Shown: one piece after another, positions 29,083 to 39,043 of the stretch
How positions within the stretch are numbered: the stretch's first letter is position 1
How the letters are laid out: each line of letters opens with the position of its first letter
Source of the DNA: Candidatus Latescibacterota bacterium
Lineage (GTDB): Bacteria > Latescibacterota > UBA2968 > GCA-2709665
Length of the DNA: 64,000 nucleotides
NCBI GenBank assembly: GCA_965219995.1
Contig: CBDCOX010000002.1
Location: 672,001-736,000 of the forward strand
Direction of reading: 5' to 3'
The notes under the pieces: model-generated
Seen by the model: the letters and a program-made list of their open reading frames with translations, nothing else
What the model was told of the DNA's origin: nothing
Databases searched by the model: none
Position numbers and translations under genes: made by a program

Positions 29083-29316
29083 AACTCTTCCGCCGGACCA
29101 GCGCCCTGCTGCCGCACGCACCTCCCACCATGGCGTCATTTCCCGGTTCTTTCAAATCTCAGGCATTCATCCGACGGCCCAGGGTTGCGTCCCCACTCCG
29201 GGCAGGCGCCCGGTGTCTGAGGAGAATCCGCGAAACTTTTGCGTGATTCATGCTGTCTAATCGTACTGGCGGGCTAAAAGACGGGAGAATAGTCTTCAGT
29301 TAGCAGGAGTCTGGTT

Positions 29317-29754
29317 ATGCGTAAGCGGGTCCCGCAGGCGATTTGCTGCCTGCTTGCACTTGCCGTTGGAGTCACGGCCGAACCGGTTCAGGCGAAATCG
29401 TTCTTTACGTCGCGCCGGACATTCGGCGTTCTGTTTCTGGGCGGGAGCGCGGTCATGGCCAAGAAGGCCGTTGATTTCCGCCGGGACGCCGACAGGACGT
29501 ACGATGCCTATAAACTGGCCCCGACATCGGAAGAGGCGGAACGCCTGTACGACCAGACGGGCGATTACGATACCAAGAGCAAGATGAGCGTCGGACTCTC
29601 TGTCGTTCTCTTGGCCAGTGGGTTGCGACTGATACTCTCAAGCGGTGTCGACGAGGACCCCGCGAAGATCCGTCGGAAGAGGAAGTTCAACGTGGACATG
29701 ACGAGCGACGTCAACAAGCGAATGGTCAGGGTCGCCGTCCAAAGGCGTTTTTAG
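29317..29754 (+). CDS. Small exported protein with two hydrophobic helices and a C-terminal beta-signal-like end (DUF5683-like)
   Basis: AGGAG RBS; signal peptide ending VQA; helical hairpin; ends RMVRVAVQRRF. Confidence 0.75.
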   Translation: MRKRVPQAICCLLALAVGVTAEPVQAKSFFTSRRTFGVLFLGGSAVMAKKAVDFRRDADRTYDAYKLAPTSEEAERLYDQTGDYDTKSKMSVGLSVVLLASGLRLILSSGVDEDPAKIRRKRKFNVDMTSDVNKRMVRVAVQRRF

Positions 29755-29825
29755 TGGTGGAGACCGGGTCCGTCCACCGGCGGCCCGCAACACTCCGGAA
29801 TTCTCGTGCAATTAAGGAGAGGATT

Positions 29826-32102
29826 ATGGCGCGTTGGAAATTCAGCCCGCAGCGAGTGGCGGTGTGGGGCATGCTGGCCATTGTGCTGCTGGGAACCGGT
29901 CGTTGCGGCAGGGAGCGGGAGAATCCGGTCGATCCGAACTTCCCGGGCGGCGGTGCGCTGCAGCCGCCTGGAAACATCCGGGCACAGGGAGACATCGGTC
30001 GCATTCTGTTAACCTGGGACGCCGTGAGAGTCGACGATCTGGCGGGGTACGGTGTCTGGCGCGCCACGTCCGCCACGGGCGACTATACCCGTTTGTCCGG
30101 CGAGTCGAACGATGCGAATGTAACCACCGGTCGTACGGTCTTTGTCGACTCCACGATGGACGTTTCGGCTTCGAAGGTATATTTCTACAGGATCACGACG
30201 GTGGATGCCAATGGACAATCCAGCGAGCGGTCCGCCTACGTCAGTGCCGAAGTGCGCGAAGACAAGAGGGCGCCGGGTGCTCCGGCGAATCTCTCTGCCG
30301 TGCAAAACGAAGACACCGGCCACGTGGTTCTGTCCTGGGATGCGCCCAGAGCGGACGAGGGTAATGAGGAACTGACGGGTCTGGACGGATATCGGGTTTT
30401 CAGGGCGAAGGAAACCGAAGACGCATTTGTTTTCATTGCTACGGTTTCGGCCGCACAGACCACATTTACGGACACAACGCGTCTTGAATCCGAAGTTCGG
30501 TATTTCTATCAGATTTCCGCCATCGACAGGTTCCGGAACGAGAGCGCGCGTTCCCGCTCGGCGTCGGTCAACACGCCGGAAACCGCGGTCGCCGCGCCGG
30601 CGGGCCTGCGCACAGTCAGCAAGGTCGGCAAGATCGAGTTGCATTGGAATCCTTCGGAGGAAGAAGATCTCCTGGGCTATCTGGTGCTGCGGTCAACGTC
30701 CACCCAGGCGCCATTCAGGCCCGTATCGTCAGGTTCTCCCTTTACCACTGCCCAGACCGTGTATTCGGATTCGGACGTGCAGGTCGATGTGGTTTACTTC
30801 TACCGCGTCCAGGCAGTCGTAAGGGATCCCGCAGGCGGCGTTGTCGTCGGCGAAGCGTCGCCCTTTGTCGACGGGCAGGCCGAGGCGGATGAATCGCCGC
30901 CGGCCGCGCCGTCGGACTTGAGCGTCAGCGTGGATGACGACGATGCCGGCGCTGTTCTGCTGAATTGGGCGGCCCCGACGAGGGATGACGGCGGTGAAGA
31001 ATTGACCGGGCTCTCCCACTACCGGGTCTTCCGATCTAAAGAGACGGCCAATTCATTTGTGGAATTGGCGCAGGTTGGAGGATCCCGGACTGCGTACCGC
31101 GATACTTCCGTGGAGCCCCTGACGCTGTATTATTACACCGTAGCCGCGGTTGACTCTGCGAAGAACAGCGGGCCGAGGTCCGCGCCGTTGTCCGTCAGTA
31201 CATCGGGTCTCGAGACCCCTGCCGGGGTTACGGCAATTGCCGGCAAGGCCAAGATTACACTGACCTGGAGGCCGAATTCGGAGTCGCAGCTGAGCGGCTA
31301 TGAAGTGTTGCGCTACAGCGACCCGCTGCAGCCTGGAGTTTACTCCAGATTCAACACGCCGTGGCCGGCCTACGTGGACACGCCCCTGGTCGGCGGCAAG
31401 ACCTATGCGTATCGCGTGCGCGCGCTGGGATCGGGCGGGCTCGAGAGCAGACTGTCGGATTTCGTGCTGGCGACCGTGTTGGCAGACGACCTGGCGCCCG
31501 CTCCGCCTGAATTCCTGTTTGCAAAGTTGTCCGGCAATACGGACATCGAGCTTAGTTGGCGTGCTTCCACAACCGACGAGGACGGGTCGGAACAGACCGG
31601 CCTGCATCAGTACAGGATTTACAGGTCGGAAGGAACGGGATCGGCCGGATTCGGGTGGCTGGCGACCGTCGACTCCACGACGCTGAGCTACGTGGACGAA
31701 GACCTGGAGACATCCACGACGTACAGCTACCAGGTACGTGCGATCGACGCCAATGGGAACGAGAGTGAACCTTCCGGGACGGTGTCGTTGCAGACCGGAC
31801 CTGAAAGCCGAATTGGCAGACCGACCAACGTCGCCGCGGTCGTGCGCAATCTTCCCGAGGAAGGAACCGTCGTGATTGTCACCTGGAGGGCGCCACCGGG
31901 CATCACGCACTTCCGGGTGAATCGCCAGCGAGTGGGTTCGCGTTCGAACAGCAGGTTCGAAACCGTGTCATACCAGTTGCGAGACACCAAGTATATCGAC
32001 ACCAACGTCGAATCGGGCAATACGTACATCTATCACGTGGTTTCCTTGAGAGGTGATGACATCAGCAGTCCGTCCGACTCGGTCGTTGTGGCCGTTCCGT
32101 AA
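29826..32102 (+). CDS. Fibronectin type III repeat surface (lipo)protein, 7 FN3 domains
   Basis: AAGGAG RBS; hydrophobic leader then GRC; RERENPVDP; seven PxxL...LxW...YxxxR...YxD...YxYxV units. Confidence 0.88.
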   Translation: MARWKFSPQRVAVWGMLAIVLLGTGRCGRERENPVDPNFPGGGALQPPGNIRAQGDIGRILLTWDAVRVDDLAGYGVWRATSATGDYTRLSGESNDANVTTGRTVFVDSTMDVSASKVYFYRITTVDANGQSSERSAYVSAEVREDKRAPGAPANLSAVQNEDTGHVVLSWDAPRADEGNEELTGLDGYRVFRAKETEDAFVFIATVSAAQTTFTDTTRLESEVRYFYQISAIDRFRNESARSRSASVNTPETAVAAPAGLRTVSKVGKIELHWNPSEEEDLLGYLVLRSTSTQAPFRPVSSGSPFTTAQTVYSDSDVQVDVVYFYRVQAVVRDPAGGVVVGEASPFVDGQAEADESPPAAPSDLSVSVDDDDAGAVLLNWAAPTRDDGGEELTGLSHYRVFRSKETANSFVELAQVGGSRTAYRDTSVEPLTLYYYTVAAVDSAKNSGPRSAPLSVSTSGLETPAGVTAIAGKAKITLTWRPNSESQLSGYEVLRYSDPLQPGVYSRFNTPWPAYVDTPLVGGKTYAYRVRALGSGGLESRLSDFVLATVLADDLAPAPPEFLFAKLSGNTDIELSWRASTTDEDGSEQTGLHQYRIYRSEGTGSAGFGWLATVDSTTLSYVDEDLETSTTYSYQVRAIDANGNESEPSGTVSLQTGPESRIGRPTNVAAVVRNLPEEGTVVIVTWRAPPGITHFRVNRQRVGSRSNSRFETVSYQLRDTKYIDTNVESGNTYIYHVVSLRGDDISSPSDSVVVAVP

Positions 32103-32128
32103 GACTTCCGGGTTGCATTCCGGTTGGC

Positions 32129-32168
32129 AAACGGCAGAGCGCTGTACCATGCGGCGCTCTGCCGTTTT
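32129..32168 (+). terminator. Intrinsic terminator after the FN3 gene
   Basis: 14-bp perfect stem AAACGGCAGAGCGC/GCGCTCTGCCGTTT followed by a T-rich tail. Confidence 0.7.
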
Positions 32169-32472
32169 GTTGTTCGGGCGAGGGATTCCCATTGGGTCGG
32201 TGCTCGTCCGGCGACGGCCGGGCGTCAGCGACACAGGTGCGCCGATCATGAAATGTCGCACGGCGCGCGTCAGTCCGTACGCACTCTGTCCTTCAATACC
32301 CGACAGCGCAGTACCGGAGAACGGCGTACGCAATTCCCCGGATCTGCCGCTTAGTTTCTGCAAAGGTGAGACTTGCATCAATTCCTTTCCCGTGGTCGTG
32401 TCACCGGTACGCGGTCTGCATAGCACCAGGAGTCCGACGGCTGTGTTTCCACGAAAACATGGAGGATCGTCT

Positions 32473-33795
32473 ATGCAGCACGTGCTTCTGGTGGATGGCG
32501 ACAAGCAGTTCCGGGAGGAAATGAAAGGTCGTCTGACGCGGCGGGGGGTGAGTGTCGCGTGCGCGGGAACCGCACGCGAAGGCCTGAGGTTGTACAGGAA
32601 CGGCCGCCCCGGATGTGTGTTCGCCGAGGCCGAACTCCCGGACGGTGATGGATTTCCGGTCCTTGAGGAAGCCCACCGGCACACGCCTGTGGTGATGGTT
32701 AGCGAGGGATTTTCGCCGGGCCAGGTTTTCTCGGCCATCTCGGGCGGTGCGTATGACTGTCTGTCCAAGCCGGTGGACGACCCGACCCTTGACGGACTGC
32801 TCTACCGTCTGCGCAGGGAGCGGAACCCGGCGCCGGCGGATGCCGGACCGGGCGAACACGTTCCGGACGTCGACGACGTTATGGTTGTCGGTCGTTCCCA
32901 GAAGATGATCGAGGCGCTAAAGACGGTTGCCGCGGTCGCGCGCACGCTGACAACCGTCCTCGTCTGCGGAGAAAGCGGAACCGGCAAGGAGTTGATGGCG
33001 AGAGAAATCCACCGCGCGTCGGGCAGAACGGGGGCGTTCGTGGCCGTCAATTGCGTGGCTGTGATGGAAAGTCTCACCGAGAGCGAATTGTTCGGACACG
33101 AACGCGGCGCCTTTACGGGTGCGGCCGGCCGGCGCGCGGGTTGCTTCGAGCAGGCAAGCGATGGCACTTTGTTTCTGGACGAAATCGGTGATGCGCGCCC
33201 GACGTTTCAGGCGAAGCTGCTGCGTGTGCTGGACCGCGTTGAATTCGTTCGCGTGGGCGGCCAGGAAACGATCCGTCCCGACGTTCGGGTCGTGGCGGCC
33301 ACGAATGCCGACCTGGAGCATCTGGTCGCGAAAGGCACGTTCAGGGCGGACCTCTACTACAGACTCAGCGAGGTCACCTTGCAGTTGCCGCCGCTCCGGG
33401 ATCGTCTGCCGGATATTCCCTTGCTCGCGCGGCGCACACTCAGCGAAATTCGACACCGGACCGGTCGAAGCGTTGCGGGCATATCACAGGAAGCCATGCA
33501 TCGGTTGATGGTCTATCAGTGGCCGGGCAACGTCAGAGAACTGCAGAACGTGCTGGTCAGGGCGGCGCTTCATTGTCGGGGACGGACGGTCCATACCAAT
33601 CACCTGAAGGGTCTGATCCGGGACGGGTCGGACGAGACCGACGAATCGCTGACCCTGGCGGACGTGGAACGCAGGCACATCGAGCAGGTTCTGAATGCAA
33701 CGGGCTGGAACCGCGGCATGGCTTGCGACGTTCTGGGCGTTTCGCGACCGACGCTCCGAAGAAAGATCAGGGATTACGGGCTTCTCTCAGGATGA
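32473..33795 (+). CDS. Sigma54-dependent transcriptional activator (NtrC/AtoC type) with a degenerate receiver domain
   Basis: GGAGG RBS; GESGTGKE, ESELFGHERGAFTGA, LFLDEIG, FRADLYYRL, WPGNVRELQN, Fis-type HTH. Confidence 0.93.
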   Translation: MQHVLLVDGDKQFREEMKGRLTRRGVSVACAGTAREGLRLYRNGRPGCVFAEAELPDGDGFPVLEEAHRHTPVVMVSEGFSPGQVFSAISGGAYDCLSKPVDDPTLDGLLYRLRRERNPAPADAGPGEHVPDVDDVMVVGRSQKMIEALKTVAAVARTLTTVLVCGESGTGKELMAREIHRASGRTGAFVAVNCVAVMESLTESELFGHERGAFTGAAGRRAGCFEQASDGTLFLDEIGDARPTFQAKLLRVLDRVEFVRVGGQETIRPDVRVVAATNADLEHLVAKGTFRADLYYRLSEVTLQLPPLRDRLPDIPLLARRTLSEIRHRTGRSVAGISQEAMHRLMVYQWPGNVRELQNVLVRAALHCRGRTVHTNHLKGLIRDGSDETDESLTLADVERRHIEQVLNATGWNRGMACDVLGVSRPTLRRKIRDYGLLSG

Positions 33796-33848
33796 GGGTA
33801 TCCAACCGAACGGCGAAAGCCGCGGGCCCTGACGCCGTACGGACGCGC

Positions 33849-33877
33849 TTGACTTCACGCGGGCTGAAGTGCATAAT
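33849..33877 (+). promoter_or_regulatory. Sigma70-type promoter upstream of thrC
   Basis: TTGACT-N17-CATAAT. Confidence 0.55.
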
Positions 33878-33912
33878 TAGCCTCAATGTGAAAAAAGAAC
33901 ACCGAAAAATTG

Positions 33913-33942
33913 GCCACAAAAAGCACAAAAGGCACAAAAGGC
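33913..33942. repeat. Short tandem CACAAAA[AG]G x3 repeat
   Basis: GCCACAAAAAGCACAAAAGGCACAAAAGGC in an AT-rich intergenic region. Confidence 0.7.
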
Positions 33943-34153
33943 ATCCGTGCAAAGCGGCGTGTGTCATAACGCGGTGACCCTGCAATTCTTTCCTCACCGG
34001 ACCGAAAAGGTCGTCTGGAAGCACATTTTTCCGTTCACGTCCAGTGACCTGAAGTATCCTGGTAATCAGATGTTTAATCGCCTTTATCAACTTGCGTTTA
34101 TTCGAATTAACGTTACCGAAAAATGACGAATCAAGGTTCGGTTTGGAGGACGG

Positions 34154-35353
34154 ATGGGAACCCTGGTCGACCTGGAGTGTACCCGTTGCGGAAGGGCCCA
34201 TGAAAAGCAAAAACTCTGGAATCTGAGCGCCTGCTGTGACGCGCCGCTTTTCGCCAGGTACGATCTGGAGAAAGTGTCGAGATCCGTCGATAGAGCCGAT
34301 CTGGCGGGGCGGGAGGCGACAATGTGGCGGTACGAGGATGTCCTGCCCGTAGAACGAACCGCGTACCGGGTAAGCCTGGGAGAGGGGTTCACGCCGCTGC
34401 TGAAGGTCGAGGCCCTGGGGAGTCGGCTCGGTTTGCGCGAACTCTTCGTTAAGGATGAGGGGGTCAATCCAACCGGGTCATTCAAGGCGCGCGGGCTGTC
34501 GGCGGCGATCTCCAGGGCGGCGGAGTTGGGGGCGGCGGCAGTGGCCATTCCGTCGGCAGGGAACGCCGGCGGCGCAACCGCGGCCTACGCGGCGCGCGCG
34601 GGACTGCCCGCACATGTATTCATGCCGGCGGATGTTCCGGTGGCGAACAGGGTGGAGTGCGAGCGCCTGGGGGCGCAGGTGACGCTTGTGAACGGGTTGA
34701 TTACGGATTGCGGGAGGATGGTGGCCGATCGCAAGGCCGATCAGGGCTGGTTCGACGTCTCAACGCTCAAGGAGCCGTATCGGGTGGAAGGGAAGAAGAC
34801 GATGGGATATGAACTCGCCGAGCAGCTGGGCTGGGAACTGCCGGACGTCGTTCTGTATCCCACCGGTGGCGGCACGGGTCTGATCGGCATGTGGAAGGCG
34901 TTCGACGAAATGGAATCCATGGGATGGATCGGCGCGGCTCGCCCCAGGATGGTGGCGGTACAGGCCGCCGGCTGTGCGCCCATCGTCAGGGCATACGAGG
35001 CGGGCGCCGATTCGGCCGAAACATGGGAAGATGCGGAAACAGTCGCGTCCGGCCTGCGGGTTCCGGGCGCCGTGGGCGACTTTCTGATGCTTCGGGCGAT
35101 CCGGGAAAGCAACGGCACGGCCGTCGCCGTCACCGACGAGGCGTTGTTGGCGTGCGTCGAGGAAATGGCCTCGTCGACCGGAATCTTCCCGGCCCCGGAA
35201 GGTGCGGCGACGCTTGCCGGGCTAAAGAGACTCGTCTCGGACGGGTGGATCACTCCTGCGGACCGGGTGGTGCTCTTCAATACCGGAACCGGCTTGAAAT
35301 ATATCGAGGCCATTGAGTCGGCCGAAGGACTTTCCCGGACACGGATCGGATGA
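34154..35353 (+). CDS. thrC: Threonine synthase
   Basis: N-terminal CxxC, SLGEGFTPL, KDEGVNPTGSFKARG (PLP lysine), SAGNAG, EGKKTMG, PTGGG, NTGTGLKY. Confidence 0.92.
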   Translation: MGTLVDLECTRCGRAHEKQKLWNLSACCDAPLFARYDLEKVSRSVDRADLAGREATMWRYEDVLPVERTAYRVSLGEGFTPLLKVEALGSRLGLRELFVKDEGVNPTGSFKARGLSAAISRAAELGAAAVAIPSAGNAGGATAAYAARAGLPAHVFMPADVPVANRVECERLGAQVTLVNGLITDCGRMVADRKADQGWFDVSTLKEPYRVEGKKTMGYELAEQLGWELPDVVLYPTGGGTGLIGMWKAFDEMESMGWIGAARPRMVAVQAAGCAPIVRAYEAGADSAETWEDAETVASGLRVPGAVGDFLMLRAIRESNGTAVAVTDEALLACVEEMASSTGIFPAPEGAATLAGLKRLVSDGWITPADRVVLFNTGTGLKYIEAIESAEGLSRTRIG

Positions 35354-35435
35354 ACGCTCCCGGCGAGTCGCGCAGTCCGCTTCCGTCTACCGGGTTGAAC
35401 AACGGCGAAATCACACGACAGAAGGTACCCACGCG

Positions 35436-35825
35436 ATGAAGAAACGGGCGATCGGAAAATTCCAGAGTTTCGTTCTCGAGTCAGACGACACGGTCGTGCT
35501 GATGGGTAACCTGAAGGCCCACGCGGACTTCCTGACACGTCTCGGATTCATCCGGCACCCCGAGACCGGGGAGTTTGTCGGAACGGGCGCCAATCTTTAC
35601 GCCATGGCGCCAGACGATTTCTACGATCGGTTCAGTGCACGGACGGGCGCGGACCCGGAACTGACCGCGCAGGCCCACGACGGCGAGGATTTCTACCAGA
35701 TCGATGGACTGCCGCTGGCCGCGGCCCGTGCCGACGGCAAACCGTATATTGAGGCGATTACAGCCGTGGATATCGAGACCCGGGTGTATATCGAGCAGGG
35801 AGTGGCGAACTTCAGGGTGGGGTAG
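35436..35825 (+). CDS. Hypothetical protein (129 aa)
   Basis: ATG 35436 after GAAGG; normal composition; ends 11 bp before the convergent hpnE. Confidence 0.65.
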   Translation: MKKRAIGKFQSFVLESDDTVVLMGNLKAHADFLTRLGFIRHPETGEFVGTGANLYAMAPDDFYDRFSARTGADPELTAQAHDGEDFYQIDGLPLAAARADGKPYIEAITAVDIETRVYIEQGVANFRVG

Positions 35826-35836
35826 GCACAACCATG

Positions 35837-37162
35837 TTACGCATTCAGGTACTCGAGCGCGAGCGCTGCCGCCCGGTAACCGCTGTCCACCGCGCTTTCG
35901 ACGGTGGCCGGCAGACCGGTGTCGGTCCAGTCTCCTGCAATGTAGAGTCCGGGGGCGGTCGTGCGGTTGGGCGGTGGTGACTGGCCGCCGGGAAGGGCGA
36001 AAGTCGCATGTCGTTCCCGAACAACCAGATGGTGCTCCAGCGGATTCTGTCTCGTTGCGGGCAGAACGTCATGCAGGTCCCCCAGCGCAATTTCCACAAG
36101 TCTGTCGTCCGGCTGGTCCACCAGCCGGTCTGCGGCGCTTGCAACCAGGGTTACGTGCCCCGGCGACGCTTTGTCACGACCGTCGTAGAGCATCGGTTTG
36201 TTGAATATCCAGTCCATCCGGCCCGCGAGCAGGCCGACAAAAGGCCTGTCGAGAACGGGCTCCTCGAACCAGAGATTGACCGAAAGGATTGGAGAGGGAT
36301 AGAAGCGTTTCAAGCGTGTTTTGAGATCTTCGAAGCCTTCCGGCAGGATGCGGGCAAGCGCAGGAGGGGTGATTGCGCAGATTGCGGCATCCGCCGTCAA
36401 ACCCTCGCCCGATCTCAACCGGATTTCGATCTTTCCGCCTCCGACAACGTTCAGTGCCGCGACGGCATCGCCCACGCGGCACGTGCCGCCGCGCCGCTGG
36501 ATGAATTCCCTGGCCTCGCCCGTATACATCGCGCTGAGTCCGACGCCCGCATAGCCCATCAGGTTCGAATCCCTCTCACCGAGAAACGCCGATCTCAGTA
36601 CGGACGTCAGGTAGCGGGCCGGGGCCGCATCCGGCTGCTGATTCAGCGCGGAGATGCACAGCGGATCCCAGAACGCACGTCGGATGGCTGGCGATTGCCT
36701 GCACGCCTCCAGCCAGTCGTTCACGGTAAGGCCCGGCGCCGTGGGCTTGCTGAGGGCCGATCTGACGTGGCGCAGCCGGAGGACGTCCCCCGTGCCAACC
36801 GGCCTGTATCGCAGAAAGCCGGCCAGCAGATTGAGAGGAGGCGGCAACCGCCGGGGAAACGAAAGGACGGCGCGCCCCGTGCCGGGGTGGACGAAGTCCA
36901 GGCGAAACTCGTCCTGAAAACACAGACGGTCACCGGTCCCGATGGTCTCCAGGAACTCCCGGGTTCGGAGGTAACAATTCATGAAGAGGTGCTGGCCGTT
37001 GTCCACCGTATCGCCCGTTGCGCGATCGGTGAACGAATAGGCCCGCCCGCCCAGACGTTTTCTGCGTTCGAACAGGCTGACGTCGCAGTTGCCGCACGCC
37101 GCGAGGCGAACACCCGCGGCGAGACCGGCAAAGCCGCCGCCGATGACGATCACATGGCTCAT
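35837..37162 (-). CDS. hpnE: Hydroxysqualene dehydroxylase HpnE
   Basis: IGGGFAGLAA, LGGRAYSF, DNGQHL, AGDWTDTGLPATVESAV; follows hpnCD. Confidence 0.92.
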   Translation of the reverse strand: MSHVIVIGGGFAGLAAGVRLAACGNCDVSLFERRKRLGGRAYSFTDRATGDTVDNGQHLFMNCYLRTREFLETIGTGDRLCFQDEFRLDFVHPGTGRAVLSFPRRLPPPLNLLAGFLRYRPVGTGDVLRLRHVRSALSKPTAPGLTVNDWLEACRQSPAIRRAFWDPLCISALNQQPDAAPARYLTSVLRSAFLGERDSNLMGYAGVGLSAMYTGEAREFIQRRGGTCRVGDAVAALNVVGGGKIEIRLRSGEGLTADAAICAITPPALARILPEGFEDLKTRLKRFYPSPILSVNLWFEEPVLDRPFVGLLAGRMDWIFNKPMLYDGRDKASPGHVTLVASAADRLVDQPDDRLVEIALGDLHDVLPATRQNPLEHHLVVRERHATFALPGGQSPPPNRTTAPGLYIAGDWTDTGLPATVESAVDSGYRAAALALEYLNA

Positions 37163-38019
37163 GTCGGCTTCTCGCGCGTTCCAACCCGGCTGCGAAGGCA
37201 GAAATCCAGTGCGATGCCCAGCTTCTTCAGATTGTTCACGCGAATCGGGTATTCATACACGTTGTAATTGACCGCTTCGATGCGGCTGAGAAGGCGGCTG
37301 TAGATGCATCCCATGATTTCCGCCGGAAAGAGGCTTCGCCGATCTTCCTCGGGCAGACATTCCGCCGCTTTCCTGTAATAGCTCCATGCCCGCCCGCACT
37401 GGTATTTCATCAGACTGCGAAACCCGGAAGTGGAGGCCCCGGCGAAGAGGTCTCTTTCCGTGTAGTCGAATCGTCTCAGATCTTCCAGCGGCAGATAAAT
37501 GCGATCGCTCATCGCGTCGGATTTGATGTCCCGAAGGATGTTGGTGAGTTGGAGAGCGATCCCGAGGTTGACCGCGTAGTCCTGAGACGCCCGTTTGGTG
37601 TAGCCGAAGATTTCGATGCAAATGAGACCGACGATCGAGGCGACGCGGTAACAATATTCGTACAGTTCGCCGAAGGTCTGGTAGCGGTTCTTGACCAGGT
37701 CCATCTCGACGCCGTCGATCAGCTTGAGGAAGTGTTCTTTCGGGATATTGAAATGCCTGAGGGCTTTGTGAAGGTTTGCCGTAATCGGGTGTTGCGGTCT
37801 GCCGACGAAACAGGCGTGGGTCTCGGCGCGCCAGCTCGACAGATTTCGGGCTGCGGTTTCCCGGGAAGGCGCGTCGTCAACCAGGTCGTCGGTGTGACGG
37901 CTGAACGCGTACGTGGCAATGATGGCGTCGCGCTTGGTTCTGGGCAGGAATACGAACGCGTAGTAAAAGTTGCTGCGCGCCTTGCGCACGAGCGCCGAAG
38001 TGTAGGATCGGATATTCAT
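37159..38019 (-). CDS. hpnD: Presqualene diphosphate synthase HpnD
   Basis: SNFYYAF, DDLVDD, YCYRVAS, ALQLTNILRDI, RIYLP. Confidence 0.9.
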   Translation of the reverse strand: MNIRSYTSALVRKARSNFYYAFVFLPRTKRDAIIATYAFSRHTDDLVDDAPSRETAARNLSSWRAETHACFVGRPQHPITANLHKALRHFNIPKEHFLKLIDGVEMDLVKNRYQTFGELYEYCYRVASIVGLICIEIFGYTKRASQDYAVNLGIALQLTNILRDIKSDAMSDRIYLPLEDLRRFDYTERDLFAGASTSGFRSLMKYQCGRAWSYYRKAAECLPEEDRRSLFPAEIMGCIYSRLLSRIEAVNYNVYEYPIRVNNLKKLGIALDFCLRSRVGTREKPT

Positions 38020-38945
38020 ACCGCAGGCGACCTGGATTCGCGGCTCCGACGCGGATTCCAGAACAGGGCGTGGAAAAACAGGCCGAAAATATCCCGTTTT
38101 TCGACGGTGGGGCGTCGACGGAAAATATCGTAGCCATTGGCACGGATCTTGTCCAGGACCTTCAAGCCGCCGAGACAGGTCAGCCGGAGTTCGTACTTGA
38201 GCCGGCCGGAAACGAGGTCCGGCAGTTCGGACCCCTTCTCGAAAAGGATCCTGGTGCGGTCGATCTGACAGGCCATCAGGGCTTTGAAGCCGTCCGTGAG
38301 CCGCTGTTCCGCCAGATCGCTCTCGGTGACGCCGAACCGGTCCATGTCGTCCTGCGGCAGGTAGATGCGATCCCGGGAAAAGTCGACTGCAGCGTCCTGC
38401 CAGAAGTTGGCCAGCTGGAGTGCCGTACAGATCAGGTCTGAATGATACCGACGGCGTTCGTCTGAATGGGAAAACAGATGCAGAATGAGGCGACCCACCG
38501 GCGCCGCGGAGTACCGGCAGTAGGCCAGCAGATGGTTGAATGTCCGGTGCCTGTGCGTGACCACGTCCATCTTGAAGGCATGAAGCAGGTCATGCAGGTG
38601 TCGGCGGGGTATCCGTTGCGATCGGATCGTCTCCCCCAGGGCGATCAGAATAGGGCCTTCGGGTGTATCCGTGCACCTGGCGAGCTTCGCGTCCCAGTCG
38701 TCCAGCCGCCGTGTGCGTTCGGCAGGGTCCAGGCCGGGTTCGTCGGCCCAGTCGTCGGCCGTGCGCGCAAAGGCATAGATGCTGTAAACATGCGGTCGTA
38801 TTCTCGCGGGAATGAGGCGGGACCCCACCGGGAAATTCTCGTAGTGGCTTCGGGTCAGCGACTCGCAATAGGCGAAGGCTTCCGCGAGTGACGTACTTGA
38901 ATTTGCGCGCGTCTGTGAGGCCGCTCGTCCGGTATCGGGTTCCAT
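38016..38945 (-). CDS. hpnC: Hydroxysqualene synthase HpnC
   Basis: HYENFPVGS, YAFARTADDWADE, YCRYSAAPVGRL, ICTALQLANFWQD. Confidence 0.92.
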   Translation of the reverse strand: MEPDTGRAASQTRANSSTSLAEAFAYCESLTRSHYENFPVGSRLIPARIRPHVYSIYAFARTADDWADEPGLDPAERTRRLDDWDAKLARCTDTPEGPILIALGETIRSQRIPRRHLHDLLHAFKMDVVTHRHRTFNHLLAYCRYSAAPVGRLILHLFSHSDERRRYHSDLICTALQLANFWQDAAVDFSRDRIYLPQDDMDRFGVTESDLAEQRLTDGFKALMACQIDRTRILFEKGSELPDLVSGRLKYELRLTCLGGLKVLDKIRANGYDIFRRRPTVEKRDIFGLFFHALFWNPRRSRESRSPAV

Positions 38946-39043
38946 GCAAGAAAGATAATTGAAATGATTCGACTCCGCCAGCCCTTGTATCCGAGAAGAA
39001 GCGGGCTCTGACGGTATGCCTTTGGCGAAGAGGGGACTCCTGA

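Noticed and set aside
32102-32473. Sigma54 -24/-12 promoter near the activator
   Set aside because: No TGGCAC-N5-TTGC or correctly spaced GG-N10-GC match found by eye.
33888-33977. His-rich leader peptide or attenuator upstream of thrC
   Set aside because: HKKHKRHKRH arises from the CACAAAA tandem repeat; there is no Thr/Ile run, clear RBS or attenuator hairpin.
34154-35353. Cysteate synthase linked to comA
   Set aside because: The motifs fit an ordinary threonine synthase, and the gene lies about 8 kb from comA in a different unit.
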